IMG/VR virus record: IMGVR_UViG_3300025121_000062
Location: 1 to 56,730 of that record
Strand: one strand, 5' to 3'
Length of the DNA stretch: 56,730 nucleotides
Source: a virus
Lineage: Duplodnaviria; Caudoviricetes
Part shown: piece by piece, positions 18,472-26,982 of the stretch
Position numbering within the stretch: the stretch's first letter is position 1
Layout of the letters: the number at the start of each line of letters is the position of its first letter
Notes under the pieces: generated by a model
Database searches by the model: none
Told to the model about the DNA's origin: nothing
What the model saw: only the letters and a program-made list of their open reading frames with translations
Made by a program: the position numbers and the translations under genes

Positions 18472-19175
18472 GAATCGAAGAAATAGGCAACGCCACGCTG
18501 ATCAACGCCGACTGCCGCGAAGCCATGCGAGCGATGGACGAGAACAGCATCGGCGCCATCGTCACCGACCCGCCCTACGGGTTGAACTTCATGGGCAAGG
18601 GGTGGGACCACGGCATTCCTGCGAAGGAGTTCTGGGTCGAGATGCTTCGCGTCGCCAAGCCAGGCGCACACCTGCTGGCGTTCGGCGGCACCCGCACGTT
18701 TCACCGGCTGATGGTGGCGATCGAGGATGCTGGGTGGGAGATCAGGGACACGATCATGTGGGTCTACGGGAGTGGGATGCCGAAAAGCAAGAACCTGCAC
18801 GGCGACTGGGAAGGGTTTGGGACCGCACTCAAGCCAGCATGGGAGCCCATCATCGTCGCCCGCAAACCCCTGATCGGTACGGTCGCTGCAAACGCGCAGC
18901 AACATGGCACCGGGGCGATCAACATTGATGGATGCAGGGTACCGACCGATCCGGACGACGACATCTTCGCCAAGAACCCGCACACGCACGGCGGCTTCGG
19001 CCACGCAAACGCGCAGGTCTACGGTGATGGTAAGGGGGCAGATTACAAACCGAAAGCGGGGCGCTGGCCCGCCAACCTAATCTTGACGTACCCGACAGAT
19101 GAGTTTATTCTGCGGGATGATGTTACACCAGAGCAACTTGAAGCACTAGCGGGGTGGCTTCGTGCGAACACCTAA
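18468..19175 (+). CDS. DNA N6-adenine/N4-cytosine methyltransferase, N-terminal (catalytic DPPY) half
   Basis: ADCREAM...IVTDPPY...GWEIRDTIMWVYGSG.PK...GTALKPAWEPI...GRWPANLI; ATGA overlap with the primase. Confidence 0.85.
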   Translation: MRIEEIGNATLINADCREAMRAMDENSIGAIVTDPPYGLNFMGKGWDHGIPAKEFWVEMLRVAKPGAHLLAFGGTRTFHRLMVAIEDAGWEIRDTIMWVYGSGMPKSKNLHGDWEGFGTALKPAWEPIIVARKPLIGTVAANAQQHGTGAINIDGCRVPTDPDDDIFAKNPHTHGGFGHANAQVYGDGKGADYKPKAGRWPANLILTYPTDEFILRDDVTPEQLEALAGWLRANT

Positions 19176-19764
19176 CACTGTCTGTATGATATGCGGGAAA
19201 CCCCTGTATCGCAGACCCTATGAACTCGCAAAGGTGCGCCACGCCGCTTGCATGGAACATCGCGCGGCGGCACAAGCAATCTCGGGTATTACACCTGCAC
19301 AACTTGCTGGATTATCCCTTGGGCGCGAGAAGGGGACAAACCATCGCACGGGGTACAAGCACCGGGAAGAATCCAAGCGCAAGGCGTCGGAGTCTCATAG
19401 AGCATTCTGCGCGGCCAACCCAGAACGGGTGGCACTGCGCAGCGCGAAAACGCGAGGTGAGGCTCACTATAGATGGAAAGGCGGAACTACCAAGCTGAAC
19501 AAGTCGATCCGACAGATGACGGAGAGCCGTCGTTGGATGGATGCGATCAAGGCCCGAGACGGATGCTGCACGCGCTGTGGGGGTGTTGAGGCCCTCGAAT
19601 CCCATCACCTTGTCGAACTGGCCGTGCTGATTGCGCAACTGGGTATCAAATCGCGTAACGACGCGCGTGCCTTCGCAGCAGTCCTCTGGGATATGGAGAA
19701 CGGTGTGACGTTGTGCCAGCCCTGTCACTACCAAGAACATGGACGGAAACGCTATGCAGATTGA
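19162..19764 (+). mobile_element. NUMOD3-HNH homing endonuclease gene inserted in the methyltransferase
   Basis: GYKHREESKRKASES (NUMOD3-like), H.RWKGG, RD..CTRCG...HH...NGVTLCQPCH..EH. Confidence 0.85.
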
Positions 19765-20374
19765 TGAATCCACTTACAAGGCGATGCCTGCGGGACTGCA
19801 GCGCCTATTCCTGCGTGTGCCGAACCCCGGCAGCGACGAGGTGCTCGCCCTGTTCCCTGACAGCAATGGGTCAGGCGGCTCGCTGCCCAACGTCAAGATC
19901 ACGGGGTATGGCGGCGGCGCGGTGGGTACGGGTAAGAGCGAATATTTCGGCGGGCCGCGTACCCCACACGATTCTGGCAGCGGCTCGGCGGCGCGGTTCT
20001 TCTACTGTGCGAAGGCGAGCAAGAAGGATCGGGACGAAGGTATGGAGGGGGAGCCGGGCAAAATTCTGGCACGATCATGCCAAGCCGAAGCCGAAGCCGT
20101 GCGGGGCAACACCGTCGCGACTGAGGGCGGCGCGTTCAACAAGGCGCGCGAGGTCAAGAACAACCACCCCACCGTGAAGCCGACCGAACTCATGCGTTAC
20201 CTCTGTCGGCTCGTCACGCCGCCCGGCGGCACGGTGCTGGATCCATTCATGGGTTCAGGTTCCACCGGTAAGGCTGCGCTCAAGGAGGGGTTCAGCTTCG
20301 TGGGTATCGAACTGGATGAGGAGCACGGCTACTTCGACATCGCCTGCGCGCGTGTCCGAAGTATGGTAAAGTGA
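19754..20374 (+). CDS. DNA methyltransferase, C-terminal (SAM-binding FxGxG) half
   Basis: GSDEVLALFP, SAARFFYCAKAS..DRDEG, NNHPTVKP..LMRYL, VLDPFMGSGSTG, GIE. Confidence 0.85.
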   Translation: MQIDESTYKAMPAGLQRLFLRVPNPGSDEVLALFPDSNGSGGSLPNVKITGYGGGAVGTGKSEYFGGPRTPHDSGSGSAARFFYCAKASKKDRDEGMEGEPGKILARSCQAEAEAVRGNTVATEGGAFNKAREVKNNHPTVKPTELMRYLCRLVTPPGGTVLDPFMGSGSTGKAALKEGFSFVGIELDEEHGYFDIACARVRSMVK

Positions 20375-20399
20375 AAGGGTAGTTGCCATATGGCGCTAC

Positions 20400-20440
20400 C
20401 CCCGGCCGGTGCCCCCTCCTCCACCGCGCCGGGGTTTTTT
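20400..20440 (+). terminator. Rho-independent terminator ending the + arm
   Basis: CCCCGGC-CGGTG...CACCG-C-GCCGGGG stem followed by TTTTTT. Confidence 0.75.
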
Positions 20441-20442
20441 AA

Positions 20443-20555
20443 GCAGGTACGTGGGCGCCGAGGTTCGAGACGGGGCTGTACAGCAGACACAACCTGCGAC
20501 CTGATAAGAGTTCGAGCGTCGGCTGGCCGGGAGAGGCCAAGCTCACGTTACCTGC
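20443..20555. ncRNA. candidate structured intergenic element
   Basis: Long closing stem GCAGGTACGTGGGC / GCTCACGTTACCTGC with nested stems (see findings). Confidence 0.35.
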
Positions 20556-20557
20556 CC

Positions 20558-20974
20558 CTACCGCGAACCTGAACACCGGGCTGCGACGGTCGTGGTATCC
20601 GCGACCGTACCCGACGCGCTGAACCGCACCTTGTAGATGCCGCGCACGTCCATGAGCAGCCAGCCGGTCGTGCCAGCCCCCTGCGAGGCTAGGGTGCCCG
20701 ACGCCGCGATGATGAGCGGACTCTCGGTCGGGGTCGCATCGACTGCGGCGTAGAGCTGCTGGAACGCGCCGTCGGGATGGAACTGCGCCGACACGACGAA
20801 GGTGTCCAGCGCATTCACACCCACGTCGAAGTCCACGCCGATGTTCTTGAGCCCCAGCGTCGGGACTTCGAGGATGACGGTGTTGCCTGTCGCCGGGATG
20901 GTGCCAGACGAACTGGCGAACAACAGCGGGCCGACTTGCGCGCCGGCCGGTTGGGTGGATTGGGTCATGGCCAT
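20558..20974 (-). CDS. hypothetical beta-rich protein, last late gene (possibly virion)
   Basis: AAGGAG RBS, own GATACAATA motif upstream, GC3-rich codons. Confidence 0.7.
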   Translation of the reverse strand: MAMTQSTQPAGAQVGPLLFASSSGTIPATGNTVILEVPTLGLKNIGVDFDVGVNALDTFVVSAQFHPDGAFQQLYAAVDATPTESPLIIAASGTLASQGAGTTGWLLMDVRGIYKVRFSASGTVADTTTVAARCSGSR

Positions 20975-20998
20975 GATGGAACTCCTTGGTAAGTGTCG

Positions 20999-21505
20999 TT
21001 ATTGTATCGGAAAGCCGATTCCTCGCGCCCAGTCCTGCCATGCGCCAATCATTGCGGCGTCTTCGGCGCAGTCTTCGATGAAGGCAGGAGCGGTTGTACC
21101 GGACCATCCAGCAGCCACTTGTTCTTTGCAGGCTGCATCAGTTCCACCGGAATCGACGGGAGTATGGGGCACGCCACCGCAACTGGTATCGGGGTGGCGC
21201 ACCCGGTAAGCAGCAACAGCGCCAGAACGAGCAGCAGCAATCTGTTTTGGTATTGCATCTTTGATCTCCTTGGTTGTCTTCGCATGAGCGGCCTCGGTAC
21301 GAGTCTTCTCTTTCGCCGCAGCCTCGCCTTCGGCCTTGGTCACTACAACGAAGCCGTCGAACTTGGCCTGCACTGCATCCAGCCGCCAGCCCTGTACCGT
21401 CCAGGCCGCCCCGCCGCCGGACACCGCGCCCGCGGCAAACGCCGCCAGTGCGATCCAAACAAGCAGTATCGGGTTACCGAGGATCTTCCCGAATAGCCAG
21501 TTCAT
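20999..21505 (-). CDS. Rz: i-spanin (Rz-like)
   Basis: N-terminal TM, periplasmic coiled coil, downstream of the endolysin, contains an embedded lipoprotein gene. Confidence 0.75.
   Translation of the reverse strand: MNWLFGKILGNPILLVWIALAAFAAGAVSGGGAAWTVQGWRLDAVQAKFDGFVVVTKAEGEAAAKEKTRTEAAHAKTTKEIKDAIPKQIAAARSGAVAAYRVRHPDTSCGGVPHTPVDSGGTDAACKEQVAAGWSGTTAPAFIEDCAEDAAMIGAWQDWARGIGFPIQ
21049..21258 (-). CDS. Rz1: o-spanin lipoprotein (Rz1-like), embedded in Rz
   Basis: MQYQNRLLLLVLALLLLTG-C lipobox and Pro-rich mature part, in an alternate frame inside Rz. Confidence 0.8.
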   Translation of the reverse strand: MQYQNRLLLLVLALLLLTGCATPIPVAVACPILPSIPVELMQPAKNKWLLDGPVQPLLPSSKTAPKTPQ

Positions 21506-21579
21506 TGTCTGTTCTCCCAGATGGTATATAGCCCGGAGGCAACGACGAGCATCAGCACAATGAGCAGGGTGACGATCAT
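21502..21579 (-). CDS. 25-aa single-TM peptide in the lysis cassette
   Basis: MIVTLLIVLMLVVASGLYTIWENRQ; ATGA overlaps at both ends. Confidence 0.55.
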   Translation of the reverse strand: MIVTLLIVLMLVVASGLYTIWENRQ

Positions 21580-21770
21580 ATATCAGTCGCGATCGGCTTC
21601 AGCGGCGCGCATGCGGCTGCATAGAATTGGGGCTCCTTACCGATCAGGTTCGGCAGGATATTGGGCATATCTATCTGCATGGCAATGCACGCTTCGGGGC
21701 TGTCCGTTTTTACCGCGAAGGTGCGAGCGTCCCCATCGAGAATGAATAACACGAGCAGGATAGTTATCAT
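21576..21770 (-). CDS. small hypothetical protein in the lysis cassette
   Basis: MITILLVLFILDGD...C...C; ATGA overlap with the endolysin stop. Confidence 0.6.
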   Translation of the reverse strand: MITILLVLFILDGDARTFAVKTDSPEACIAMQIDMPNILPNLIGKEPQFYAAACAPLKPIATDI

Positions 21771-22237
21771 GGTGAGTCTCCTTTGCATTGACGATACTCT
21801 GCCTGACGCCGGACTGTCAAGCCTTTCAGCGGCTTGCCTTTGAACTTGTCGTAGAGCAAGATGGCTTCGCACCCGCCTGCATAATCCCCGGCGTTCCACT
21901 TGCTGACGACGGACGACCGGCAGAACGCCGCGCCGCCGATATTGTAGGACAGCGAAACTGCAGCGTCGTACTCGTACTGGGCCAGGGGTGCCTTGACACA
22001 CTGCTTGATGGCCCCCTCGAACTTCTGCATGTCAGCCAGAGCGCGGGCGACGGCGCGGGGTGGAGTGATGTGGTCGCCAGGCTTCACGCCGCCGGTGGTG
22101 CCAAACCCGATCGTAGGTACATCGCCCGGCACGGGGATGATCGCGGTGTCGCTGTACCCTTCGTGCATCACGATGGCGACAAAGGCGGATGCCGAAACGG
22201 CAAGGCCAGCGATTCCGGCACGGCGATGGTCAATCAT
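21767..22237 (-). CDS. SAR endolysin, glycoside hydrolase family 24 lysozyme
   Basis: Gly/Ala/Ser-rich N-terminal TM, then HEG...GDVPTIGFGTT, YNIG, GL..RR..E. Confidence 0.9.
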   Translation of the reverse strand: MIDHRRAGIAGLAVSASAFVAIVMHEGYSDTAIIPVPGDVPTIGFGTTGGVKPGDHITPPRAVARALADMQKFEGAIKQCVKAPLAQYEYDAAVSLSYNIGGAAFCRSSVVSKWNAGDYAGGCEAILLYDKFKGKPLKGLTVRRQAEYRQCKGDSP

Positions 22238-22490
22238 TGTAATCCGCCTTCGCGCCGTCATGCTTATCCCTCGGCGCGGCCCGGCGATCTATCTGCGGCT
22301 GGGCCACCACACGAGCCACCCCAGCGCCGACAGCGGCCAGCATGGACAGAATGGCGAACGTGTTGCGCGGGATCGCGTCGTAAAATAGTGGGAGGACGAC
22401 TTCAATCCCTGACAGCACAGCCGACAGAACAACAAGACGAATACTCCACGTCTTGTGTATCAGGCGCTTCCAGTTGGGGAGAAGGTTCAT
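22230..22490 (-). CDS. putative holin
   Basis: Two TM helices, L.NWK....WSIR N-terminus, charged C-terminus, directly upstream of the endolysin. Confidence 0.65.
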   Translation of the reverse strand: MNLLPNWKRLIHKTWSIRLVVLSAVLSGIEVVLPLFYDAIPRNTFAILSMLAAVGAGVARVVAQPQIDRRAAPRDKHDGAKADYND

Positions 22491-22732
22491 TGCCCCGCCC
22501 GCTTATGAAAATGATCGGCAGATTCGTCGCACCGCGTCTCGACCTTCGTCAGTCGCAGATCAATGCCGTTGATCTTGTTGTGGAGTTCGCTGGCCATGAG
22601 GATGAGGTTCTTGCTCATTTCATCCAGCTTGGAGTAGAGCTTCGCGCCGAGCCACCCGAGGAGCATCGTCAGGATCCCGAACAGGGCCGCGACAAGGGAG
22701 AGCGCGAGAGCGGTGAGCGCATTATCAGTCAT
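22487..22732 (-). CDS. membrane protein with TM and coiled coil (holin/antiholin-like)
   Basis: N-terminal TM, IDLRLTKVE coiled coil, first gene of the lysis cassette. Confidence 0.6.
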   Translation of the reverse strand: MTDNALTALALSLVAALFGILTMLLGWLGAKLYSKLDEMSKNLILMASELHNKINGIDLRLTKVETRCDESADHFHKRAGQ

Positions 22733-22763
22733 GGTAGGCTCCGGTTGTAGGGGTTAGATGAGG

Positions 22764-23102
22764 TCAATCGGAAATGCGGAGTCGTGCGGAAAATTGGATT
22801 GCTTGACTGCCGTCATAGACATCTTCTGCCGGCATCCAGTTGAGATATTCAAGGGCATCAGCACCATAGACTTTTACGCCGAGATAGCCGCGCCAGCCCC
22901 ACAGATTCCAACTTAAGAATGGGATTGGAATATAAGAATAGAACCGCAGAATCTCAGTAAAGTATGGCGGCTTGAACCAGTTACCCTCCTGCCCGAGTGG
23001 ATGCAGCACATCACCCCATCGCAGGGCGAATGTGATGCCGAAGGTGCTGCGCTTCGGATTGGTGATGCCTTCGTCGCAAGTGGTGATCTGGAAGACTTTC
23101 AT
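22764..23102 (-). CDS. hypothetical protein
   Basis: ATGA-coupled; aromatic-rich; start at MKVFQ. Confidence 0.6.
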   Translation of the reverse strand: MKVFQITTCDEGITNPKRSTFGITFALRWGDVLHPLGQEGNWFKPPYFTEILRFYSYIPIPFLSWNLWGWRGYLGVKVYGADALEYLNWMPAEDVYDGSQAIQFSARLRISD

Positions 23103-23443
23103 TCCCTGTCCATCTCTATCCACGTTTTGCACATTTCATTCCAGATGTAATATCCGCCGTCTGTAGGCATTATTTCCGGCGCTTGCCAATCGTGATTCAC
23201 ATCCAGTGACCACGAAGGAAACGGCTGCGGCGCGACGAATACATCCGCCACCGGATCGTAGGTGTAGCCGATGCTCGGATACTGCTTTCGCATGCGGTTG
23301 TTGTAGGAGCACTGAATCCACGTTCCGCCAAGGCCGAGGTCAGCGGAGAGAAATTCCGCGCCGCGCTGCTCTTGGTCGTCGGCAACCACCAGCACGCGCT
23401 GGACGATGTTGTTGCTGCTGTCAATTTCTGCGAAGTGGCTCAA
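23099..23443 (-). CDS. tail-fibre-associated protein
   Basis: (M)SHFAEID...WIQCSYN..RK.Y..IGY.YD...D.F..PQPFPSW family, commonly paired with Gly-rich fibre genes; TTG start overlaps the upstream stop. Confidence 0.7.
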   Translation of the reverse strand: MSHFAEIDSSNNIVQRVLVVADDQEQRGAEFLSADLGLGGTWIQCSYNNRMRKQYPSIGYTYDPVADVFVAPQPFPSWSLDVNHDWQAPEIMPTDGGYYIWNEMCKTWIEMDRE

Positions 23444-24267
23444 AATGTAATACTCCCCGATCCGGTCCATTTATAGACTTTGTAGCCACCCGCATTGGTG
23501 TAGGTTGGCGAGCCTGTTGTAGCTACGGCATCGGGATAGGTGTCGGCATAGCGAATAATCACGACGCCGGAACCACCATCGCCGCCTCTCCCTACATTCG
23601 GTGTGTATCCGCCACCGCCACCACCACCACCAATATTTGTGGTGCCATTCGTACCATCTGGGGCACCATAATAGCCGCCAGCTCCACCACCGCCAGCGCC
23701 CCCCGCACCAGCCGGCGCGTCATATGTCGGATAATAGGCACCGCCACCGCCACCGCCGCCATAAGTAGTCGCAGACCCGCTGATAGAACTGGATAGACCA
23801 GCACCGCCAGCACCAGAGCTGGTACTCCCTACAGCATTAACTCCGACGGCACCCGCTCCACCTCCACCGCCAGAAGTGGCGAATGCCCCATTTCCTCCTG
23901 CGTATCCTTGACCACTAGGGGAGGCTGCGCCACCAGAGCCTGATGCGGACTGCCCGCCACCACCAGAGCCTCCACTAAGACCCGAGGCTCCACTGGAACC
24001 ACCGCCACCGCCTGTTGCTGTGATGCCGCTGAAAACTGAATTACTGCCGTTTGAGCCTGACGTACCCGTAGTCCCCGCCCCTCCATCGCCCACAGTGACA
24101 GTGATAGGGGTTCCAGATAAAACGGCAAAGCCAGCAGCAGTTAGATACCCACCACCGCCACCGCCACCACTAGGGCCACCACCACCACCACCACCGCCAG
24201 CGACGACGAGATATTCAACGGTCGGGGTAACAAACCTACCCATCATCGCTAGAAGTCTGCGCAGCAT
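23440..24267 (-). CDS. glycine-rich tail fibre / receptor-binding protein
   Basis: VEYLVVAGGGGGG...ITVTVG.GG...GGSGVVIIRY glycine-rich domain. Confidence 0.8.
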   Translation of the reverse strand: MLRRLLAMMGRFVTPTVEYLVVAGGGGGGGGPSGGGGGGGYLTAAGFAVLSGTPITVTVGDGGAGTTGTSGSNGSNSVFSGITATGGGGGSSGASGLSGGSGGGGQSASGSGGAASPSGQGYAGGNGAFATSGGGGGAGAVGVNAVGSTSSGAGGAGLSSSISGSATTYGGGGGGGAYYPTYDAPAGAGGAGGGGAGGYYGAPDGTNGTTNIGGGGGGGGYTPNVGRGGDGGSGVVIIRYADTYPDAVATTGSPTYTNAGGYKVYKWTGSGSITF

Positions 24268-24269
24268 GA

Positions 24270-24935
24270 TTAAACGCTCGCCATGCAGCGCCATTTGCTC
24301 GTCACCGAATTCCAGAGGAATCCGACTGAGAGCATGGCGGTAGTTACGGTAGTCGTCGGCAGCGAGACAGTGGAAGCCTCGAACGAGGCCCCCCAAGTAA
24401 TTGCTCTCGCCGCAGTCCCTGTAATCTGGATAATCAGCACCTGCCCGTCAGACGGAGTTCCTGAGAGATTCGTGGTGAATGACGTAATTGCTTCTGTCTG
24501 CGCAGTCAGCTTGTAGATGTCGACGTTGTCAGTGTTGATCGTTGGAGTAGCGTGTGAAGTCGTTGAGCCTACCCTCGGAGTTACACGTTTATTAGTAAGA
24601 GTATCCGTTGTAGCTTTTCCTACTAGAGTATCAGTCGCATCTGGCAGAGTTACAACTCTATCTGTTGTAGGTTCTCCAGCAGACAGAGTAGTTTCATAAG
24701 CATCTGCTGTGGTACCCTCGAATATAATCCCTAAAGCAGCTCCTAATTGAAGTGATCCAGTCATTACGACTGTACCATCTTTCATGAAATCACCAGCCCC
24801 AGAGGCTCCCATAAGGGTCTCTACACCAGCATCATCTTTGCTATAGAGAAGTCCATCGGCTTTTGCATAGAAGGTTACTTTGCCGGCAGCCGGAGTGCCC
24901 GCAGCCGCGCCCTCATCGAGAAGTATTTGAGACAT
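24270..24935 (-). CDS. tail fibre protein
   Basis: TPAAGKVTFYAK, MTGSL, FEG.T.D..ETTL..PT.DR..TLPD, TDTLTNK fibre motifs. Confidence 0.75.
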   Translation of the reverse strand: MSQILLDEGAAAGTPAAGKVTFYAKADGLLYSKDDAGVETLMGASGAGDFMKDGTVVMTGSLQLGAALGIIFEGTTADAYETTLSAGEPTTDRVVTLPDATDTLVGKATTDTLTNKRVTPRVGSTTSHATPTINTDNVDIYKLTAQTEAITSFTTNLSGTPSDGQVLIIQITGTAARAITWGASFEASTVSLPTTTVTTAMLSVGFLWNSVTSKWRCMASV

Positions 24936-25108
24936 TATCCTGTCACCATGAGGTTGCCGCTGATAGTTAAATCAGAGGTTACATTCAAGTACGAAACTAT
25001 CACGTATGACGCGTCAGTAGCTATTGTCATGGGCGACGCGACAAGATTGGACGCTACACTACTCCCGATGTCGGATGAATAGGCTAGTTTTTTCCAAGTC
25101 ACGGCCAT
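24935..25108 (-). CDS. 57-aa fibre linker protein (MAVTWKKLAYSS...)
   Basis: GGAG RBS; TAATG overlap with the next gene; N-terminus paralogous to 26305-26967; below the ORF-track cutoff. Confidence 0.75.
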   Translation of the reverse strand: MAVTWKKLAYSSDIGSSVASNLVASPMTIATDASYVIVSYLNVTSDLTISGNLMVTG

Positions 25109-25109
25109 G

Positions 25110-25334
25110 CTATTCTCCTAGATACAAAACAAACGCCTGGTCGAGAGTTTCGCGCTTCAGCATATCCAACACAAGCAGGACGTGAGGGAGCGGAATCTTC
25201 GCAGACGATATGAACGACACAAACTGGTTGTGCAGGCGCCCCATATCTTCGGAGATGTTGCCTTCGTACTCCTCCCGAAGCTTCGCAACCATCGCCGCTT
25301 GGCGCTCAAGTGCCTCGTTCAGGTCCGTGTTCAC
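25110..25334 (-). CDS. small helical hypothetical protein
   Basis: GTGA-coupled to the glycosyltransferase. Confidence 0.65.
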   Translation of the reverse strand: MNTDLNEALERQAAMVAKLREEYEGNISEDMGRLHNQFVSFISSAKIPLPHVLLVLDMLKRETLDQAFVLYLGE

Positions 25335-26308
25335 CCCGCGACCCTTTCGTAGATGGCTTTCATTGACTGTGCCGTATCCATGATGTCGGCAGGAACGGCT
25401 TTCTCCCTGGGTTCGACCTGACCGCGCAGGATCGCAAGCAATTCATCCGCCATACCGCGCTGATCGCCTTCCTTGATCCAGAAGTCCGAATACTCATTCC
25501 CGACATATGAGATGGTCTTGGCGCCGCAAGCGTTGGCTTCCAGTGAAATCTTGTTTGCATCGCCATAACGCACGAGGCCGATGTAGAAGTCATTTGAGCA
25601 GAAAGCGTTGCGGAGGTTCTCTGGGCTGAACAACTGCCCACCAGAGATTGTCTTGAATCCGCTGCTGTTCCGGTTCATCAGCGTGTACCACCACCTATGC
25701 TGATCCGTCGGCATGTAGATTGAGTGCAGGTGTGCCTTTGGCATCTCCGGCCATAGCCATCCCCAAAGGAACAGCAGATCGAGTGGCCATTTGGAATAGT
25801 CACAATTCTCGGCGGTGAACAGACTTGGCGATCCGAGATAATGCCCAGCGCTCTCGACAGGGTGCCAGAAGCTCTTGTCCAGCCCCATCGGCATACAGTC
25901 TACTTGCGTGTTCTTGTCGCACAGCGACTTCCATATTTTTTGATGCCTAGGCCAGAACGTCACTAAGGCATCTGCATGCTGCATCCAGTATTGGGCCAAC
26001 TGCCACGAGTCCGACGCGCCATATCCAGTGTGCAGCCCCCGTATGACGGAGCTAGTAAACACATGTTCCGGCGTCCCATGAGCGATCCATACAGTCTTGA
26101 ATGGTTTGGTCGCTCTGATCCGCACCTCGTCGGGGATGTGCGTGTGGCAGACGTGAACATCTGCATCGGCCATTTGCTCTGCATCTGCGTCATTCGAGAA
26201 GTCGCACAAGTATGACTCAAGGCCAATCATGCACTCCGCCTTGACAAACGACTCGGCCACGCGAAACATTCCGCTGGTGTTAAGCATCGTCCAATGAGCG
26301 ATCTTCAT
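25331..26308 (-). CDS. glycosyltransferase (GT-B / GT4-like)
   Basis: MKIAH...SG...V, ADVHVCH, HGTPE, PMGLD..FW.P, K, ISLEANACG, ..IYERV. Confidence 0.75.
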   Translation of the reverse strand: MKIAHWTMLNTSGMFRVAESFVKAECMIGLESYLCDFSNDADAEQMADADVHVCHTHIPDEVRIRATKPFKTVWIAHGTPEHVFTSSVIRGLHTGYGASDSWQLAQYWMQHADALVTFWPRHQKIWKSLCDKNTQVDCMPMGLDKSFWHPVESAGHYLGSPSLFTAENCDYSKWPLDLLFLWGWLWPEMPKAHLHSIYMPTDQHRWWYTLMNRNSSGFKTISGGQLFSPENLRNAFCSNDFYIGLVRYGDANKISLEANACGAKTISYVGNEYSDFWIKEGDQRGMADELLAILRGQVEPREKAVPADIMDTAQSMKAIYERVAG

Positions 26309-26967
26309 ACTGCGACCGTGCAAACGTAGGGGGAAAGGTCGGCGGAGCAGAACGCGAACTTACCTACAACTGCAGTAAGCCCTGTGAGTGAGGCCGTCGT
26401 CGCCGTCGTATGGATAACGAAGTCCGTAGCTTGGTACCCAGCGAAGGCCACGTTACCTGTAGCCGCGCCGAACTGGTTGAGCGGCTTCACAGTGAGCGAC
26501 GAGTCTGCCGTGGAACGGACGACGCCCTCTGATGTCGCCATTGAGGCCGCGCTGACAGCTTTGCTGTCGGCTGTCGAAACTGCAAGTGTCAGAGACGAGT
26601 CCGCAGTACTTCGCACGACCCCTTCAGACGTAGCCATACTGGCTGCCGAAACTGCTTTGCTATCTGCGACAACCGCCTTGCTATCCGCAGTGGATGCGAC
26701 AATCACCAGGGACGAATCAGCGGTACTGCGAACCACCCCTTCGCTTGTGGCCATGCTCGCAGCGCTGACGGCTTTGCTGTCTGCGACACTTGCAGCGGTG
26801 CCAGCGCTGACAGCCTTGCTGTCCGCCGTACTGACTGTCGCCGACGTTGCAGCGCTGGCTATCGATACAGTCAGGCTCGAATCTGCTGTCGACCTGACGA
26901 CGCCCTCGCTGGTTACGGCGCTTGTGACCTCACTCGAATACGCTAACGCTTTCCATGTCACAGCCAT
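26305..26967 (-). CDS. Ser/Thr/Ala-rich repeat fibre protein
   Basis: Four TSEGVVRSTADSSL repeats and five ADSKAV repeats; AAGG RBS. Confidence 0.8.
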   Translation of the reverse strand: MAVTWKALAYSSEVTSAVTSEGVVRSTADSSLTVSIASAATSATVSTADSKAVSAGTAASVADSKAVSAASMATSEGVVRSTADSSLVIVASTADSKAVVADSKAVSAASMATSEGVVRSTADSSLTLAVSTADSKAVSAASMATSEGVVRSTADSSLTVKPLNQFGAATGNVAFAGYQATDFVIHTTATTASLTGLTAVVGKFAFCSADLSPYVCTVAV

Positions 26968-26982
26968 GATTTTTCCCTTTCG

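Noticed and set aside
19080-19830. Group I intron or split intein in the methyltransferase
   Set aside because: The region is fully occupied by overlapping ORFs, with no visible P7/core ribozyme sequence and no Cys/Ser start or His-Asn-(C/S/T) end. Not formally excluded without RT-PCR.
20460-20520. tRNA (GTTCGAG T-loop-like) or hammerhead ribozyme (CTGATAAG)
   Set aside because: No T-stem, cloverleaf or CCA; the hammerhead core CUGANGA...GAAA is not matched.
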